Positions 48,911-58,651 of a DNA stretch of 64,000 bases are shown piece by piece. Positions within the stretch are counted from its first letter, which is position 1. Every line of letters begins with the position of its first letter. A program made the translations under genes and the position numbers. Below the pieces are notes generated by a model. It did no database searches. It was given only the letters and a program-made list of their open reading frames with translations, and was not told where the DNA came from. The DNA is taken from positions 1 to 64,000 of IMG/VR virus record IMGVR_UViG_3300048837_000549, one strand, 5' to 3'. The DNA comes from a virus.

Positions 48911-48988
48911 TTGTTTTCTCCTTACTTAATTTCTAAAACTCCTTATATCTGACTTATAATATAAACTATAAGTCAGTTACAAATAGTC

Positions 48989-49621
48989 TTATACTGTAAA
49001 CTCATATCCTATTGAGTTATTAAATTCAACATATCTCTTTTGAAGCTTAACAATCCAGTAAGACAAATTTGCCATACGTTTTTCTCCGAGTTCTACTACT
49101 ATATCGCTTTTCTTCATACCATCTGCTAATAGTTGAAATAATCTTTTTTCTTTTTCTGGTAGAGTTTCTTCAAACTTGTCTCTATACATATTAAATATGA
49201 TACTCCCTTCTGGAGATTCTGTTTGTCCTTGTTCAATTTTATTCAAACCCTCTTCCTGTTGTGTTACATATTCTTCTGTAATAGAATCTTTACCTTTTAT
49301 ATATTTTCTATACTCTGCAATAAAATGACTTGAGAGATAATTGCTAAAAGTACTTCCAAATGAATAACGTTCAAGATCATTTACTTTATTTAAGTCAACA
49401 TAGTCTAGAGCCTGTATCATCTGGAAGTAACAATCCTGCATATTATCTTCCATTGGTTGTAAGTAACTATACTTAGAAGAATATTTTTTACAAAGTGGGG
49501 TATACTTTTTGTATAAGTGAGTTTCAATATCTTGCTTAGTTCTCCAATGTGAATTATTCTTATAAATCTCAATTACTTCTACATCTGTTTTTGCGGAGTA
49601 AATAGAATTGACTTTTTTCAT
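48989..49621 (-). CDS. RNA polymerase sigma-factor-like protein
   Basis: LYKKYTPLC...EDNMQD.Y...FSTF; C-terminal LPEKEKRLF.L...G....DI helix-turn-helix. Confidence 0.65.
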   Translation of the reverse strand: MKKVNSIYSAKTDVEVIEIYKNNSHWRTKQDIETHLYKKYTPLCKKYSSKYSYLQPMEDNMQDCYFQMIQALDYVDLNKVNDLERYSFGSTFSNYLSSHFIAEYRKYIKGKDSITEEYVTQQEEGLNKIEQGQTESPEGSIIFNMYRDKFEETLPEKEKRLFQLLADGMKKSDIVVELGEKRMANLSYWIVKLQKRYVEFNNSIGYEFTV

Positions 49622-49693
49622 TTTTTATTTTTCCTTTTATTTAATTTAACTACTTATTACAAATATAATAATTTATATACCAAAAATGTCTAC

Positions 49694-49723
49694 TACTTTT
49701 TTGATAAAATTTCAAAAAGTTAC
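49694..49723 (-). promoter_or_regulatory. A/T palindrome upstream of a sigma70-like early promoter (copy 1)
   Basis: ACTTTTTTGA...TCAAAAAGT; TAGACA..TATTAT on the minus strand. Confidence 0.55.
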
Positions 49724-49783
49724 AAAAAAGAAAACAGCTAAAAATGTAGTATTCCTAGCTGTCTATACTTTTACTTATGAATT

Positions 49784-51073
49784 CTAAACTGTTCTTTCAG
49801 TTCCCTGTATACCTTTGAATATTGGGAAACGCAATGAGTATAATCCTTCCTTGTTTTTTGTCTCCTCAAAATATTTTACTGTTATTATCATATCCTTTAT
49901 TAACTCTGGATTCTCATAGTATTCTCTTCTCTGATCAAATGTAAATCCACTTCCTACTGATACTCTATTTCCTTTATGCTCAATAATAACATTACTTAGA
50001 GTTTCAATAGTTTCTTCAAGACCAGTTTGTTTGTTTATTTGTCTGAATGGGCCAAACTCAACATCTATTACTTTGTATTCGGCATCCTCCATCTTTTTCA
50101 CCTTGAGCAAGTCGTTTGATCGTTTGCCTTTATAAATTGTATTCTTTCTTACTATGAGTCCTTCCCAATTATTGTCTTCTGCCTCTTTCGAAAGTTCTAG
50201 AAATTGTTCCATTGATTCTATCTTAGTTTGTTTCAGCATTTCAATAGCAGCACCTTTATAACGTCCTAGAGTCTTCCTTAGGTATTCTTGTCTCTCAGTA
50301 AATATAGTACGACTCTCTTCTTTAAAGAAGTCATCATACTTAATCTGATCAAATACTAGATATTTAGGATTGGGAATATCAAAGTCTTTTTTACGAATTA
50401 GTTTCATTATACTCTGAAAGTCTTCCACGCCCTTATCATCTACTATACAAATTTCTCCATCAAGAACAACATTTTTAAGATTCATCGTCTGAATTTCTTT
50501 TCTCAGAACTCCGAGAGTTTCAAATTCATTCCCCTGTCTGCTATAAAACTTTATATCGCCTGTGTTATCAATTACACATAGACATCTACAACCATCTATT
50601 TTCTTAGCAGAGTAATAATCCTCTTTTATAAGATCAACTTTGTTTTTAACGTCTTGGTAGCTATTAGCCAGCGCGACATTAAAGGTAGGGATTAGTCCAG
50701 GATAGACATCATTGATAATTTTATCTCCAATTCGGCATTCAAGATCTTTATCAAGGATCTTATAAATGGTATCTTCATATTGAGGATTCAAACTTATAAA
50801 ACCATTTACAACAGCAATAGCATCGTGCCCAGTTACTCTTCTAGTTCTTAGATCCTCAAGTACGTCGAATATAGTTCCTATTTTTTTATTTATGAGAGTT
50901 TTATTCTTTTTACAATTATCACTTGATACATTATACATTTTAAAAGGATTGTAAACAACTTCTAACATTTCTTTCATATCCGGATACCGTCGGAGTACTT
51001 CCTTTTTATCTACACTGCTGTTTGTTTTGTTTATCTCTTCTATAAACTGTTTTGTTAATTCTAATATTTCCAT
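49784..51073 (-). CDS. ATP-dependent DNA ligase
   Basis: KKIDGCR, SRQG, LDGEI, FD, WEGLIVR, LLKVK, VGSGF, SLRFP. Confidence 0.95.
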   Translation of the reverse strand: MEILELTKQFIEEINKTNSSVDKKEVLRRYPDMKEMLEVVYNPFKMYNVSSDNCKKNKTLINKKIGTIFDVLEDLRTRRVTGHDAIAVVNGFISLNPQYEDTIYKILDKDLECRIGDKIINDVYPGLIPTFNVALANSYQDVKNKVDLIKEDYYSAKKIDGCRCLCVIDNTGDIKFYSRQGNEFETLGVLRKEIQTMNLKNVVLDGEICIVDDKGVEDFQSIMKLIRKKDFDIPNPKYLVFDQIKYDDFFKEESRTIFTERQEYLRKTLGRYKGAAIEMLKQTKIESMEQFLELSKEAEDNNWEGLIVRKNTIYKGKRSNDLLKVKKMEDAEYKVIDVEFGPFRQINKQTGLEETIETLSNVIIEHKGNRVSVGSGFTFDQRREYYENPELIKDMIITVKYFEETKNKEGLYSLRFPIFKGIQGTERTV

Positions 51074-51092
51074 TTATATTCTCCTTTATATT

Positions 51093-51617
51093 TTATTCAA
51101 CTTCAATACAATATGCTATACCACTATCCCAAAGTTCCCCTTCATGATAAGTAACAGTGACATTTTCGTTCAGTTTAATTGTTTGAATTTCATTAGCACT
51201 ATAACCTATTTCTTTTTGAACTAATTTCATTATATAAGAATGTAAATAGCTCTCTACAATAATTCTAATGTCCCCTGATTTAGTATGAAAATCTTTAAAG
51301 TTTTTCTTAATAGGGGGAAGAGTTACAATAATAGCATGATTATTTTTATCTCCCCTGTTCTGATTATCTCTTCTCCATTCGAGTATAACACATATACCAG
51401 TTGATTTAGACCATATACCATATGTAGTATCTTCATCTTTATAATTATCTACGATCTTTTTCATACCATTATTTATAACAGTAATGACTTGATCCTTATC
51501 TAAATTTATGAATCTAGTTTTATCAATTAGTCTCTCAATGGAGTGAGCAGTATCTATAATTTTTCTGCCTTTGTATCCTAGTATACTTGCTTCTTTGTAC
51601 CGCTCATACTTTCTCAT
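51093..51617 (-). CDS. tagged protein, paralog of 54699
   Basis: MRKYERYKEA; DTAHSIER...SKSTG...EWRRD. Confidence 0.6.
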   Translation of the reverse strand: MRKYERYKEASILGYKGRKIIDTAHSIERLIDKTRFINLDKDQVITVINNGMKKIVDNYKDEDTTYGIWSKSTGICVILEWRRDNQNRGDKNNHAIIVTLPPIKKNFKDFHTKSGDIRIIVESYLHSYIMKLVQKEIGYSANEIQTIKLNENVTVTYHEGELWDSGIAYCIEVE

Positions 51618-51627
51618 GTATTACTCC

Positions 51628-52293
51628 TTACTTTATTTGTCCATTAAGTGAGACTGAATCTCCTGCCATTTTACCAGCCATATAACCCTGTCTGTCACTT
51701 ACAGATGCACTTGTTGATATTGTTCTTAAATTTGGATATTGTTGTTTTATAAAATTTCTAACCAACGCTTTCTCTTGAATTACAAGAGCAGTACACTGTG
51801 TGTCAAATTCATTTTGTTTTTTATTTCTTTCTCTTAAAATCTCATCAACCTTTTGGCTAATAGAATGAGCAAACCCAAGTTTAAAGGAAAGAGAGTTTAA
51901 TCTCTTGTCTCTTTTTGAGGAAAGTCTATCAAGTGTAGAATTCAAATACTCATACATTGAAACACTTACTTCAATATTATGTCTCTTCCCTAAGGCTTTG
52001 ATTGTCTTTTCTCCTCTAATTCTATTGTGAATTATTATTTCACAATTGTTTAATCTCATTACAGCTGATAGTAAATTAGTTTTGAAAGAAGCTAATTTCA
52101 TCCCTGATAGAATATTATTTTCAATAATATTATTTAGATCAACTGATTCACTAACATCTGACATTTCTAGATTGTATTTCATTAAAAGTTTATTAGCGTT
52201 CTCCATAGCTAGCATTGCTTCATGCTCATTGGGGCTTTCTGAGAGAGCTAAAAGTTTTCTGATTTTATCAACAATTTTTTCCTTGTCTGTCAT
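51628..52293 (-). CDS. DUF2786-domain protein
   Basis: KIRKLLALSESPNEHEA.LA...A.KL..KYNL. Confidence 0.85.
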   Translation of the reverse strand: MTDKEKIVDKIRKLLALSESPNEHEAMLAMENANKLLMKYNLEMSDVSESVDLNNIIENNILSGMKLASFKTNLLSAVMRLNNCEIIIHNRIRGEKTIKALGKRHNIEVSVSMYEYLNSTLDRLSSKRDKRLNSLSFKLGFAHSISQKVDEILRERNKKQNEFDTQCTALVIQEKALVRNFIKQQYPNLRTISTSASVSDRQGYMAGKMAGDSVSLNGQIK

Positions 52294-52359
52294 ATTATTT
52301 CTCCTATAACTACTTTTTAATTAAATATAATTAAATATAACAGTACATTTAAGTCTAGT

Positions 52360-52390
52360 ACTTTTTTGAATTGATTTCAAAAAAGTTACA
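52360..52390 (-). promoter_or_regulatory. A/T palindrome plus early promoter (copy 2)
   Basis: ACTTTTTTGAA-TTGAT-TTCAAAAAAGT. Confidence 0.55.
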
Positions 52391-52392
52391 GT

Positions 52393-52581
52393 TTAATTTT
52401 CACTCTTTTCCAAATAATACCCTTCTTTCATCGTACGATATTCTGCCTCAGTTACACTTACAGCTTTATTATCTGGTGTGCCCTGTAACTTTCTCTTATA
52501 GTGCCCCGATGTATTCATAAAATATGTTAAGCTATTTGTAGTAAATCTAGAATTCATTTTTTCTTGTAATGTGAGTTTCAT
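52393..52581 (-). CDS. hypothetical protein
   Basis: AGGAG RBS. Confidence 0.5.
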   Translation of the reverse strand: MKLTLQEKMNSRFTTNSLTYFMNTSGHYKRKLQGTPDNKAVSVTEAEYRTMKEGYYLEKSEN

Positions 52582-52606
52582 TTATTCTTTCTCCTTATAG
52601 TTACTT

Positions 52607-53794
52607 TTAGTTCAATTCTACCAAATATTTTATTGTACACTGTTCAGATTTATAAATCATTTGTTCATTGTTTATGAGATCAGCCCCTCCTTGAGCAAAT
52701 ACAGAATCATACTCCCCTAATTCTTTTAACTTTTTAAAACTTAATTGATACATCCATGATTCATGTTTTTTTATTCTATATTCCCTTCCAGTATTAACTT
52801 CATATAATGCCATAAATCCCTGTTTAGAATTTCCTTTTGCCCAATAGCTTCCTGATAGACTTGTATAACCCAATGCTTTCTTACATTTATCCGCCATATA
52901 GATTGCATCACCAAACATTGATCCAGTATGCACTGCTCCAGTAGGTCTTATCAATAAACTCGTTTTCAATATGTTTAACCAGTTTTCATTTCTACTACCA
53001 TGCCACATTAACTTAGTCCAGTGTTTAACTGATTCTTTTCTCTGCTTTTCAAATTTATCTCTTGATACTTTATGAGTAACTTCAAATAGATTTTTAAATT
53101 TACCTGATTCAGTTCCCATCATTTCTTTTACTTTATCAATTTCTGTTTTATCTGTTACTTTTGAAATTTTAACTCCAAGTATATCCTCTAAAGTTTTATC
53201 TGAATCTGTTGATGCCGAATTGATACTTACCTGTCCTTTCATTATGTCTATTGCATCCTGTTCTCTTTCAAGTATTGCTTTTCCTTTTGCCTTATCTCCA
53301 GTTCCGTTAAGAATAAAGTCTTGAACTTTTTTCATTTTTCTTGGTATAACTGTATAGAGTTCTGTAAGCTTATTATCAATTGAGGGATTAGATATTGTTT
53401 TCTTCTTTAGCATATCTGCTATTTCATTTAGAATCTCTTGAGCTTTATCTATTTGAGCCTCAGTAACCTGTTCTGCTGAAACTGTATAATTCTCTAATAT
53501 AGAAGCTTTTGAGTAGCTCTGTAAATCAGAGAGTAATTTCATTATAGTAGAATCTGTTATGTCTTTAAGAGTAGTAGTTGTAATAGTAGATTTAAGACTT
53601 GTAATGTCTCTATATCCTTTTTTAATTTTCTCAGCATACTTCTTATCCCATTGTGACATTGGATAACTTACAGTAATTTCAGTAAGTCCAACTCTACCAT
53701 ATTTAACTATGAAGTTATTTCCATCTTCTGTCATTCTGTAGAACTTATTATTATTCTCTGCTGTACACATTATCAATTCAACTTGCTTTGCCAT
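52607..53794 (-). CDS. poly(ADP-ribose) polymerase-like protein (WGR + regulatory + catalytic domains)
   Basis: NNNKFY..YGRVG..KIKKGY; LYTVIP; WHGSR..NW, GSMFGDAIYMA, K..GY, NNEQMIY. Confidence 0.9.
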   Translation of the reverse strand: MAKQVELIMCTAENNNKFYRMTEDGNNFIVKYGRVGLTEITVSYPMSQWDKKYAEKIKKGYRDITSLKSTITTTTLKDITDSTIMKLLSDLQSYSKASILENYTVSAEQVTEAQIDKAQEILNEIADMLKKKTISNPSIDNKLTELYTVIPRKMKKVQDFILNGTGDKAKGKAILEREQDAIDIMKGQVSINSASTDSDKTLEDILGVKISKVTDKTEIDKVKEMMGTESGKFKNLFEVTHKVSRDKFEKQRKESVKHWTKLMWHGSRNENWLNILKTSLLIRPTGAVHTGSMFGDAIYMADKCKKALGYTSLSGSYWAKGNSKQGFMALYEVNTGREYRIKKHESWMYQLSFKKLKELGEYDSVFAQGGADLINNEQMIYKSEQCTIKYLVELN

Positions 53795-53805
53795 GGTGTT
53801 TCTCC

Positions 53806-53991
53806 TTATTTAAATAACTTATTTATTAAATACCTCAGACTGAATTTTTTAAATTCACGTTCACTCCATTCTGTATAGAAAGTACCTATTCTCAAATCAT
53901 GCTTTATAGCATATCCTACGTCTGGTTCAGTAAACCAGACCACTGAACCTTCACTTCCTATTCCTAAATATGGATATTTTTTATTTTTCAT
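53806..53991 (-). CDS. hypothetical protein
   Basis: AGGAG RBS. Confidence 0.5.
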   Translation of the reverse strand: MKNKKYPYLGIGSEGSVVWFTEPDVGYAIKHDLRIGTFYTEWSEREFKKFSLRYLINKLFK

Positions 53992-54016
53992 TTGTGGTTT
54001 CTCCTAATTTAATTTT

Positions 54017-54361
54017 TTATTCTGCAGCCCAACCAAAAAAGTAAAAAGCTTTGATTCCTTTTTTTCCTGAGAAATCTCGTTTTTTCATTTCATTAAAAAT
54101 TTTCCCAGTAATTTCAATGGCAATACAATGACCATATTTTTGTAGCGTATCGAGTTGTTTATCCTCCCATTCTTGAAAAGCTTTTGTTCCAAATTTAGGG
54201 GCAGTTGTTATAAGTTTAAATCCTCGTGTTGTACTAATTGTCCCATTATAACCATCTCGATGACCACTGTATTCAACCGCCTCTTTGCAAGCAGTATCAT
54301 ATGCTTCTCGTGCATCTTTAAATTTACCTATTGAGGTTGTACCAAAATTACAAGCTCCCAT
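54017..54361 (-). CDS. conserved phage hypothetical protein
   Basis: MGA..F...A....GH..GY.GTI...FFGWA pattern. Confidence 0.6.
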   Translation of the reverse strand: MGACNFGTTSIGKFKDAREAYDTACKEAVEYSGHRDGYNGTISTTRGFKLITTAPKFGTKAFQEWEDKQLDTLQKYGHCIAIEITGKIFNEMKKRDFSGKKGIKAFYFFGWAAE

Positions 54362-54420
54362 AATTATTTCTCCTTCCTTAATTTAAATATATAATAATAT
54401 ATACATTAAAAAAATCAATA

Positions 54421-54450
54421 ACTTTTTTGAATTGTATTGAAAAAAGTTAC
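54421..54450 (-). promoter_or_regulatory. A/T palindrome plus early promoter (copy 3)
   Basis: ACTTTTTTGAATTGTATTGAAAAAAGTTAC. Confidence 0.55.
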
Positions 54451-54677
54451 TATCTATAGAAAACGATAAATTCTCCAAATTCTTTATCAATAACTGATAG
54501 TAAATTGTTATAATCTGAAGACTTCATATCAGCTAATAACTTTTGAATTTGATCTGTACTATAACCTAGGTCTTTAGCCAATTTCTGAGCTACTGCCATA
54601 ATGTAAAAAGCATTTCCCTGAGGGCCTGTCAAGTCTATAACTATTTTTCCTAAATCATCTTTGTCCCTGATTGCCAT
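54450..54677 (-). CDS. conserved phage hypothetical protein
   Basis: IDLTGPQGNAF.IM...M.S.DY..LL. Confidence 0.65.
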   Translation of the reverse strand: MAIRDKDDLGKIVIDLTGPQGNAFYIMAVAQKLAKDLGYSTDQIQKLLADMKSSDYNNLLSVIDKEFGEFIVFYR

Positions 54678-54698
54678 CGTATTTCTCCTTTGTTAATT

Positions 54699-55223
54699 TT
54701 ATAGTTCTATCATCTCAAAATTATAGCTTATCTCTCCTGACTGTATATATAGATCAAATCCACATATATCCATTTCTTTCTGAGTCTCCTCTGTAAATCC
54801 ATATCTATAGTAACCATTATTTACTCTGTCTAATGCTTTCTCTTTTGATTCTTCGAAGTAGAGTTGTTCGAGAAATAATTCTTTATCTCCTTTAGTGAAA
54901 AATTCCATTTCATTATTAGAAAATGAAGTAGCACTATAACCATTAAATTGTTTTGTAACTCTATCCTTTCTCCATTCTACTTGTATACCAAATCCATATT
55001 TCTTAGAGACAAAAATATATCTATCTTCAACATTTTCTTTGTTATTGTTTACAATCCAGTTTATTCCTTTTTTAAGAAGTTTCATATAAAGGAATATATC
55101 CTTACCAACTCTCTCTTTATATCTAGATACTGAGTGTTCAGTATCATAGACATTATAACCTTGATAATCGTGTAAAATTTCTTTAAAGTATTCTTCGAAT
55201 TTATGTGGTTCATATCGTTTCAT
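54699..55223 (-). CDS. MKRY-tagged protein, paralog of 51093
   Basis: MKRYEPHKFEE; DTEHSVSR...SKKYG...EWRKD; ACTAATAAT upstream. Confidence 0.6.
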   Translation of the reverse strand: MKRYEPHKFEEYFKEILHDYQGYNVYDTEHSVSRYKERVGKDIFLYMKLLKKGINWIVNNNKENVEDRYIFVSKKYGFGIQVEWRKDRVTKQFNGYSATSFSNNEMEFFTKGDKELFLEQLYFEESKEKALDRVNNGYYRYGFTEETQKEMDICGFDLYIQSGEISYNFEMIEL

Positions 55224-55259
55224 TTGTTGACCTCTTTCTATTATTAGTTACAAAACTTC

Positions 55260-55571
55260 TTATTTTCTATAATATATATTAGACATATGACCTATAGGAG
55301 TATAATTCTCTTCTATATAATCAATAAGGTCATTATAAGCTTCATATTCTCCAGCATTATTATATTCTATAAGTTTATCATTCATACTATTAAGTATTTT
55401 ATATTCTTTACATTCAATAATAACTTTTACTAGTTTATCTTTTTTAATACTAACTCTAGCTAATTTAGGGTCCATTTTCATTTCCCCCTTAATCATTAAA
55501 TAGTGTGCATCGAATATTGTCATCTGACAGATATTCCCAAGATTCAATATCAACCCCATCGAAAGGATCAA
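55260..55571 (-). CDS. hypothetical protein (true start probably further downstream)
   Basis: ORF track. Confidence 0.4.
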   Translation of the reverse strand: MILSMGLILNLGNICQMTIFDAHYLMIKGEMKMDPKLARVSIKKDKLVKVIIECKEYKILNSMNDKLIEYNNAGEYEAYNDLIDYIEENYTPIGHMSNIYYRK

Positions 55572-55785
55572 GAATTCTTTTATAGAAAGAAAAATATTTT
55601 GATATGCCTGTTCTTTCAGACTTAATATAGAATCCTTGTTTAAGATTCATATAGTCTAATAACTCTTCAGGCAAGTCTGATAACTCAGTAACAAAGGTTC
55701 TTGTCTTACTTACCCAAGTAAAGAAATCACTTGATATAGTTACTACTACTAAAGGACCTTCTGTTTGTATTGTGTATTCTGCCAT
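55489..55785 (-). CDS. hypothetical early protein
   Basis: AGGAG RBS; first gene after the early promoter. Confidence 0.55.
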   Translation of the reverse strand: MAEYTIQTEGPLVVVTISSDFFTWVSKTRTFVTELSDLPEELLDYMNLKQGFYIKSERTGISKYFSFYKRILDPFDGVDIESWEYLSDDNIRCTLFND

Positions 55786-55957
55786 CTGTTTTTCTCCTTA
55801 CTTACTTACTTATTTTTAATTAAATATAATACTAATATAAAACATATACAGAAAATGTGCAACATTTTTTTTGTTTATTTTGAAAAAAGTTGAAATTTTT
55901 TCTATATACATTTAATAAGAAACTATATATTTTAATTTTAATATAAAATGAGGACAA

Positions 55958-57979
55958 ATGTCTAATTATCAAAAAGTGAAAGAGTCAATTTCAGATAGAA
56001 CAAATGAGTTATATAATGAACTATCTAAAGAAGAAAAAGAACAAGTATATCAATTATTTTTTGATGAAGATACTAGACAAGAGCTAAAGAACAAACTCGA
56101 AAATATTGTCTTCTATAAAAAGCCGCCAACTATTGAAGAATTCCTGGACCCAGAAAACAGATGGCTACCATATACAGTTATACAAGGAATATTTCCGCAC
56201 ATTAAAAAAGAACTTATAGAAATATTAGACCCCTCTAAAGTAACTACAAAAGTAGTGGAGTACGGGGCTACTCGACTTGGTAAAACTTTCATGGCAAGAT
56301 TAATGATTATGTACACGATAGTATATATCCATCATCTTCGAGAACCTGCCATGTACTATGGGCTAAGCTCACTTACTCGTCTTTGTATTTATTTCATTTC
56401 ATTTAAGTTTGATAAAACTCGACAGCTTTACCTTGAACCTATGTTTGAGATAATGAGACAATCAGAAAGATTCCAACAAGTAAAGTTCGAAGAACAAGTA
56501 AGACAAAAACAAGCTAAATTAGGAAGAGACGTTATTGTATGGAGTAAGGCAGCAACCACTGGTGAAATTACTTTAGCTTCTGGACTTCAGCTTCAGCTAG
56601 GTAATAGTGATGCCATTTCAGCAATTGGATCTGACTTACTTCAATGTTATATTTCAGAGATTGGTTTTTTTATTGAGCAAGCAGGAACTACTGAAGAAAA
56701 GATATTCGAACTTTATACAAATATTAGCACAAGGATATATTCTACAGTAAGAGAAAACTTTTTAGCTTTTGTATATCTTGACACTTCAGCTAATAATGCT
56801 GAATCAATGATTGAAAAACATATTATAAATGATTTACAATTTGATGAAAAAACTCACTTTAAATGGCAGTCACAGTGGGATGCAAGACCAGATTTATTTC
56901 CTATATGGCGAGAGACAGGAGAAACATTTAAAGTAGTAGTGGGTAATGGAACAATCAATCCATGTATAGTTACTGAAGACTCTCAATTACTAAATGTTCC
57001 TAAGGACTTAATTATTGATGTTCCTATAGATGCTTATAAGTTTTTTAAACTTAATCTAATAAAAGAAATAAAAGATATAGCGGGTAGACCTACTCAATCC
57101 GAGAATAAATTTATTCAAGATATTCAACTCATCAATGATATATTTAATAATCCTTTTCTTAGTAATGTAGAGGGGGCTATTGTAGCAGACTCTTCTTATA
57201 TGCCAGAAAATTTATTATGGAATCAAATAAAACATTTATTCTTTCATAAAAATCATATAGATCACTATATGATAAATAGAGCACCAAGAGAACCTAGATT
57301 TATAGGTCTTGACACATCATATTCAATACATGGAGATGCTACTGGAATTACTATACTTCATAAAGAATTCGATATAGAGAAAAAAGAAACTGTCTATGTA
57401 GTAGATATGAGTTGTGCTATTATAGGAAAAGAAAAAGGAATTAACTTAGAAGCTGTTCCTTACTTACTTATAGATTTAATTACTCAAGCGTCTCTTCCTA
57501 TTTATGCTCTATATATAGATACATTTCAAAGTGAATCTAGTAAGCAATTCCTCGAAAGAAATAGAGTTCAGGTAATTAAACAATCTGTTGATAGAGATGT
57601 AACTGCATATCAAGTGTTATTAACGGCTCTTTCTAATGGACTAGTAAAAGCAGGAAGAAATATATTCTTAAGAAACAATTTACAGTGTCTTATGGTAGTT
57701 AAATCAGATTCAGGAAAAGATAAAATAGATCACCCCATTGGTAAAGTTACAAATAATTATAATGGGGATTGGGAGAATTCACAATCAGGTTTATTTGCAA
57801 AAGACGTAAGTGACTCTTTGGCTAATGCATTATATGGAGCATTTGTTTCTAATATACATCCTATAACAATTATGCAAGAAGAAGATAGAAGATTTTCTAA
57901 AGAAGAAGTTGATATAGCTATTATGAAAAATAACGCCTACCAGAATCTAATTAAAGCAAGACCTCATTTATCAATATAA
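55958..57979 (+). CDS. terL: terminase large subunit
   Basis: P.TIEEFL, Walker A GATRLGKT, Walker B YISE, nuclease FIGLDTS...DATG, IDTFQS, KIDHP, KDVSDSLA. Confidence 0.88.
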   Translation: MSNYQKVKESISDRTNELYNELSKEEKEQVYQLFFDEDTRQELKNKLENIVFYKKPPTIEEFLDPENRWLPYTVIQGIFPHIKKELIEILDPSKVTTKVVEYGATRLGKTFMARLMIMYTIVYIHHLREPAMYYGLSSLTRLCIYFISFKFDKTRQLYLEPMFEIMRQSERFQQVKFEEQVRQKQAKLGRDVIVWSKAATTGEITLASGLQLQLGNSDAISAIGSDLLQCYISEIGFFIEQAGTTEEKIFELYTNISTRIYSTVRENFLAFVYLDTSANNAESMIEKHIINDLQFDEKTHFKWQSQWDARPDLFPIWRETGETFKVVVGNGTINPCIVTEDSQLLNVPKDLIIDVPIDAYKFFKLNLIKEIKDIAGRPTQSENKFIQDIQLINDIFNNPFLSNVEGAIVADSSYMPENLLWNQIKHLFFHKNHIDHYMINRAPREPRFIGLDTSYSIHGDATGITILHKEFDIEKKETVYVVDMSCAIIGKEKGINLEAVPYLLIDLITQASLPIYALYIDTFQSESSKQFLERNRVQVIKQSVDRDVTAYQVLLTALSNGLVKAGRNIFLRNNLQCLMVVKSDSGKDKIDHPIGKVTNNYNGDWENSQSGLFAKDVSDSLANALYGAFVSNIHPITIMQEEDRRFSKEEVDIAIMKNNAYQNLIKARPHLSI

Positions 57980-58168
57980 TTATTAGTAATTTAATTTTCT
58001 ATTATTTTATTACTAATAATTATGAAAGCATTTACTTTAAAATTAAATAGGAAAGAAGAGATACTTGCTAAGTTTTCTCGTACACTCGTGCAACAAAAAC
58101 CTAAAGTTCAAAGTAATAAGAAACAATATAAAAGAGAAAAGTTTAACTATAGAGAAGAGGTATAATCA

Positions 58169-58531
58169 ATGTCGGTAAATATGAGATTTGAAATAGTTGG
58201 AAATAAAGTAGTGAGTGACCAATACACTGATGAAACATTATCAGTAATAGGAAAAATAGAAAAAGAATTTACTGGTATTGTAGTTGGGGACGGTTGGTTA
58301 AATATCCCTATAGCTAAAATAGGTACTATATCAAAAATAATAGTTAATGCAACTACTGCTAATTTAAGAATTACTTATACAGATGGTGGAAGTCAAACTA
58401 TGATACTACCCATCAGTGGATTATTTGTATATAGTGTATTAGCTTCATTTTCTGCTTTGATTACAGCTATAGATATATCAACAGATAGTACTCAAGTTGT
58501 AGATGCCGTTGTCTCTATATATGGGGTATAA
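58169..58531 (+). CDS. putative structural protein
   Basis: Beta-rich; GAGGT RBS; late motif at 58011. Confidence 0.5.
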   Translation: MSVNMRFEIVGNKVVSDQYTDETLSVIGKIEKEFTGIVVGDGWLNIPIAKIGTISKIIVNATTANLRITYTDGGSQTMILPISGLFVYSVLASFSALITAIDISTDSTQVVDAVVSIYGV

Positions 58532-58651
58532 ATGTTAATTGATAAGATAACATACCCATTTTATTATATTTATTTTTCAATAGCTACTAGGCAAAGAAAT
58601 TTGAAAATTATAGAAAACCAAGTTTATCTGAAATTTATACGGAGCTAATAA

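Noticed and set aside
58022-58165. 47-aa basic ORF with an ArfA-like KKQYKREK ending
   Set aside because: No RBS, the ATG abuts the promoter motif, and the similarity is too short to support a call.
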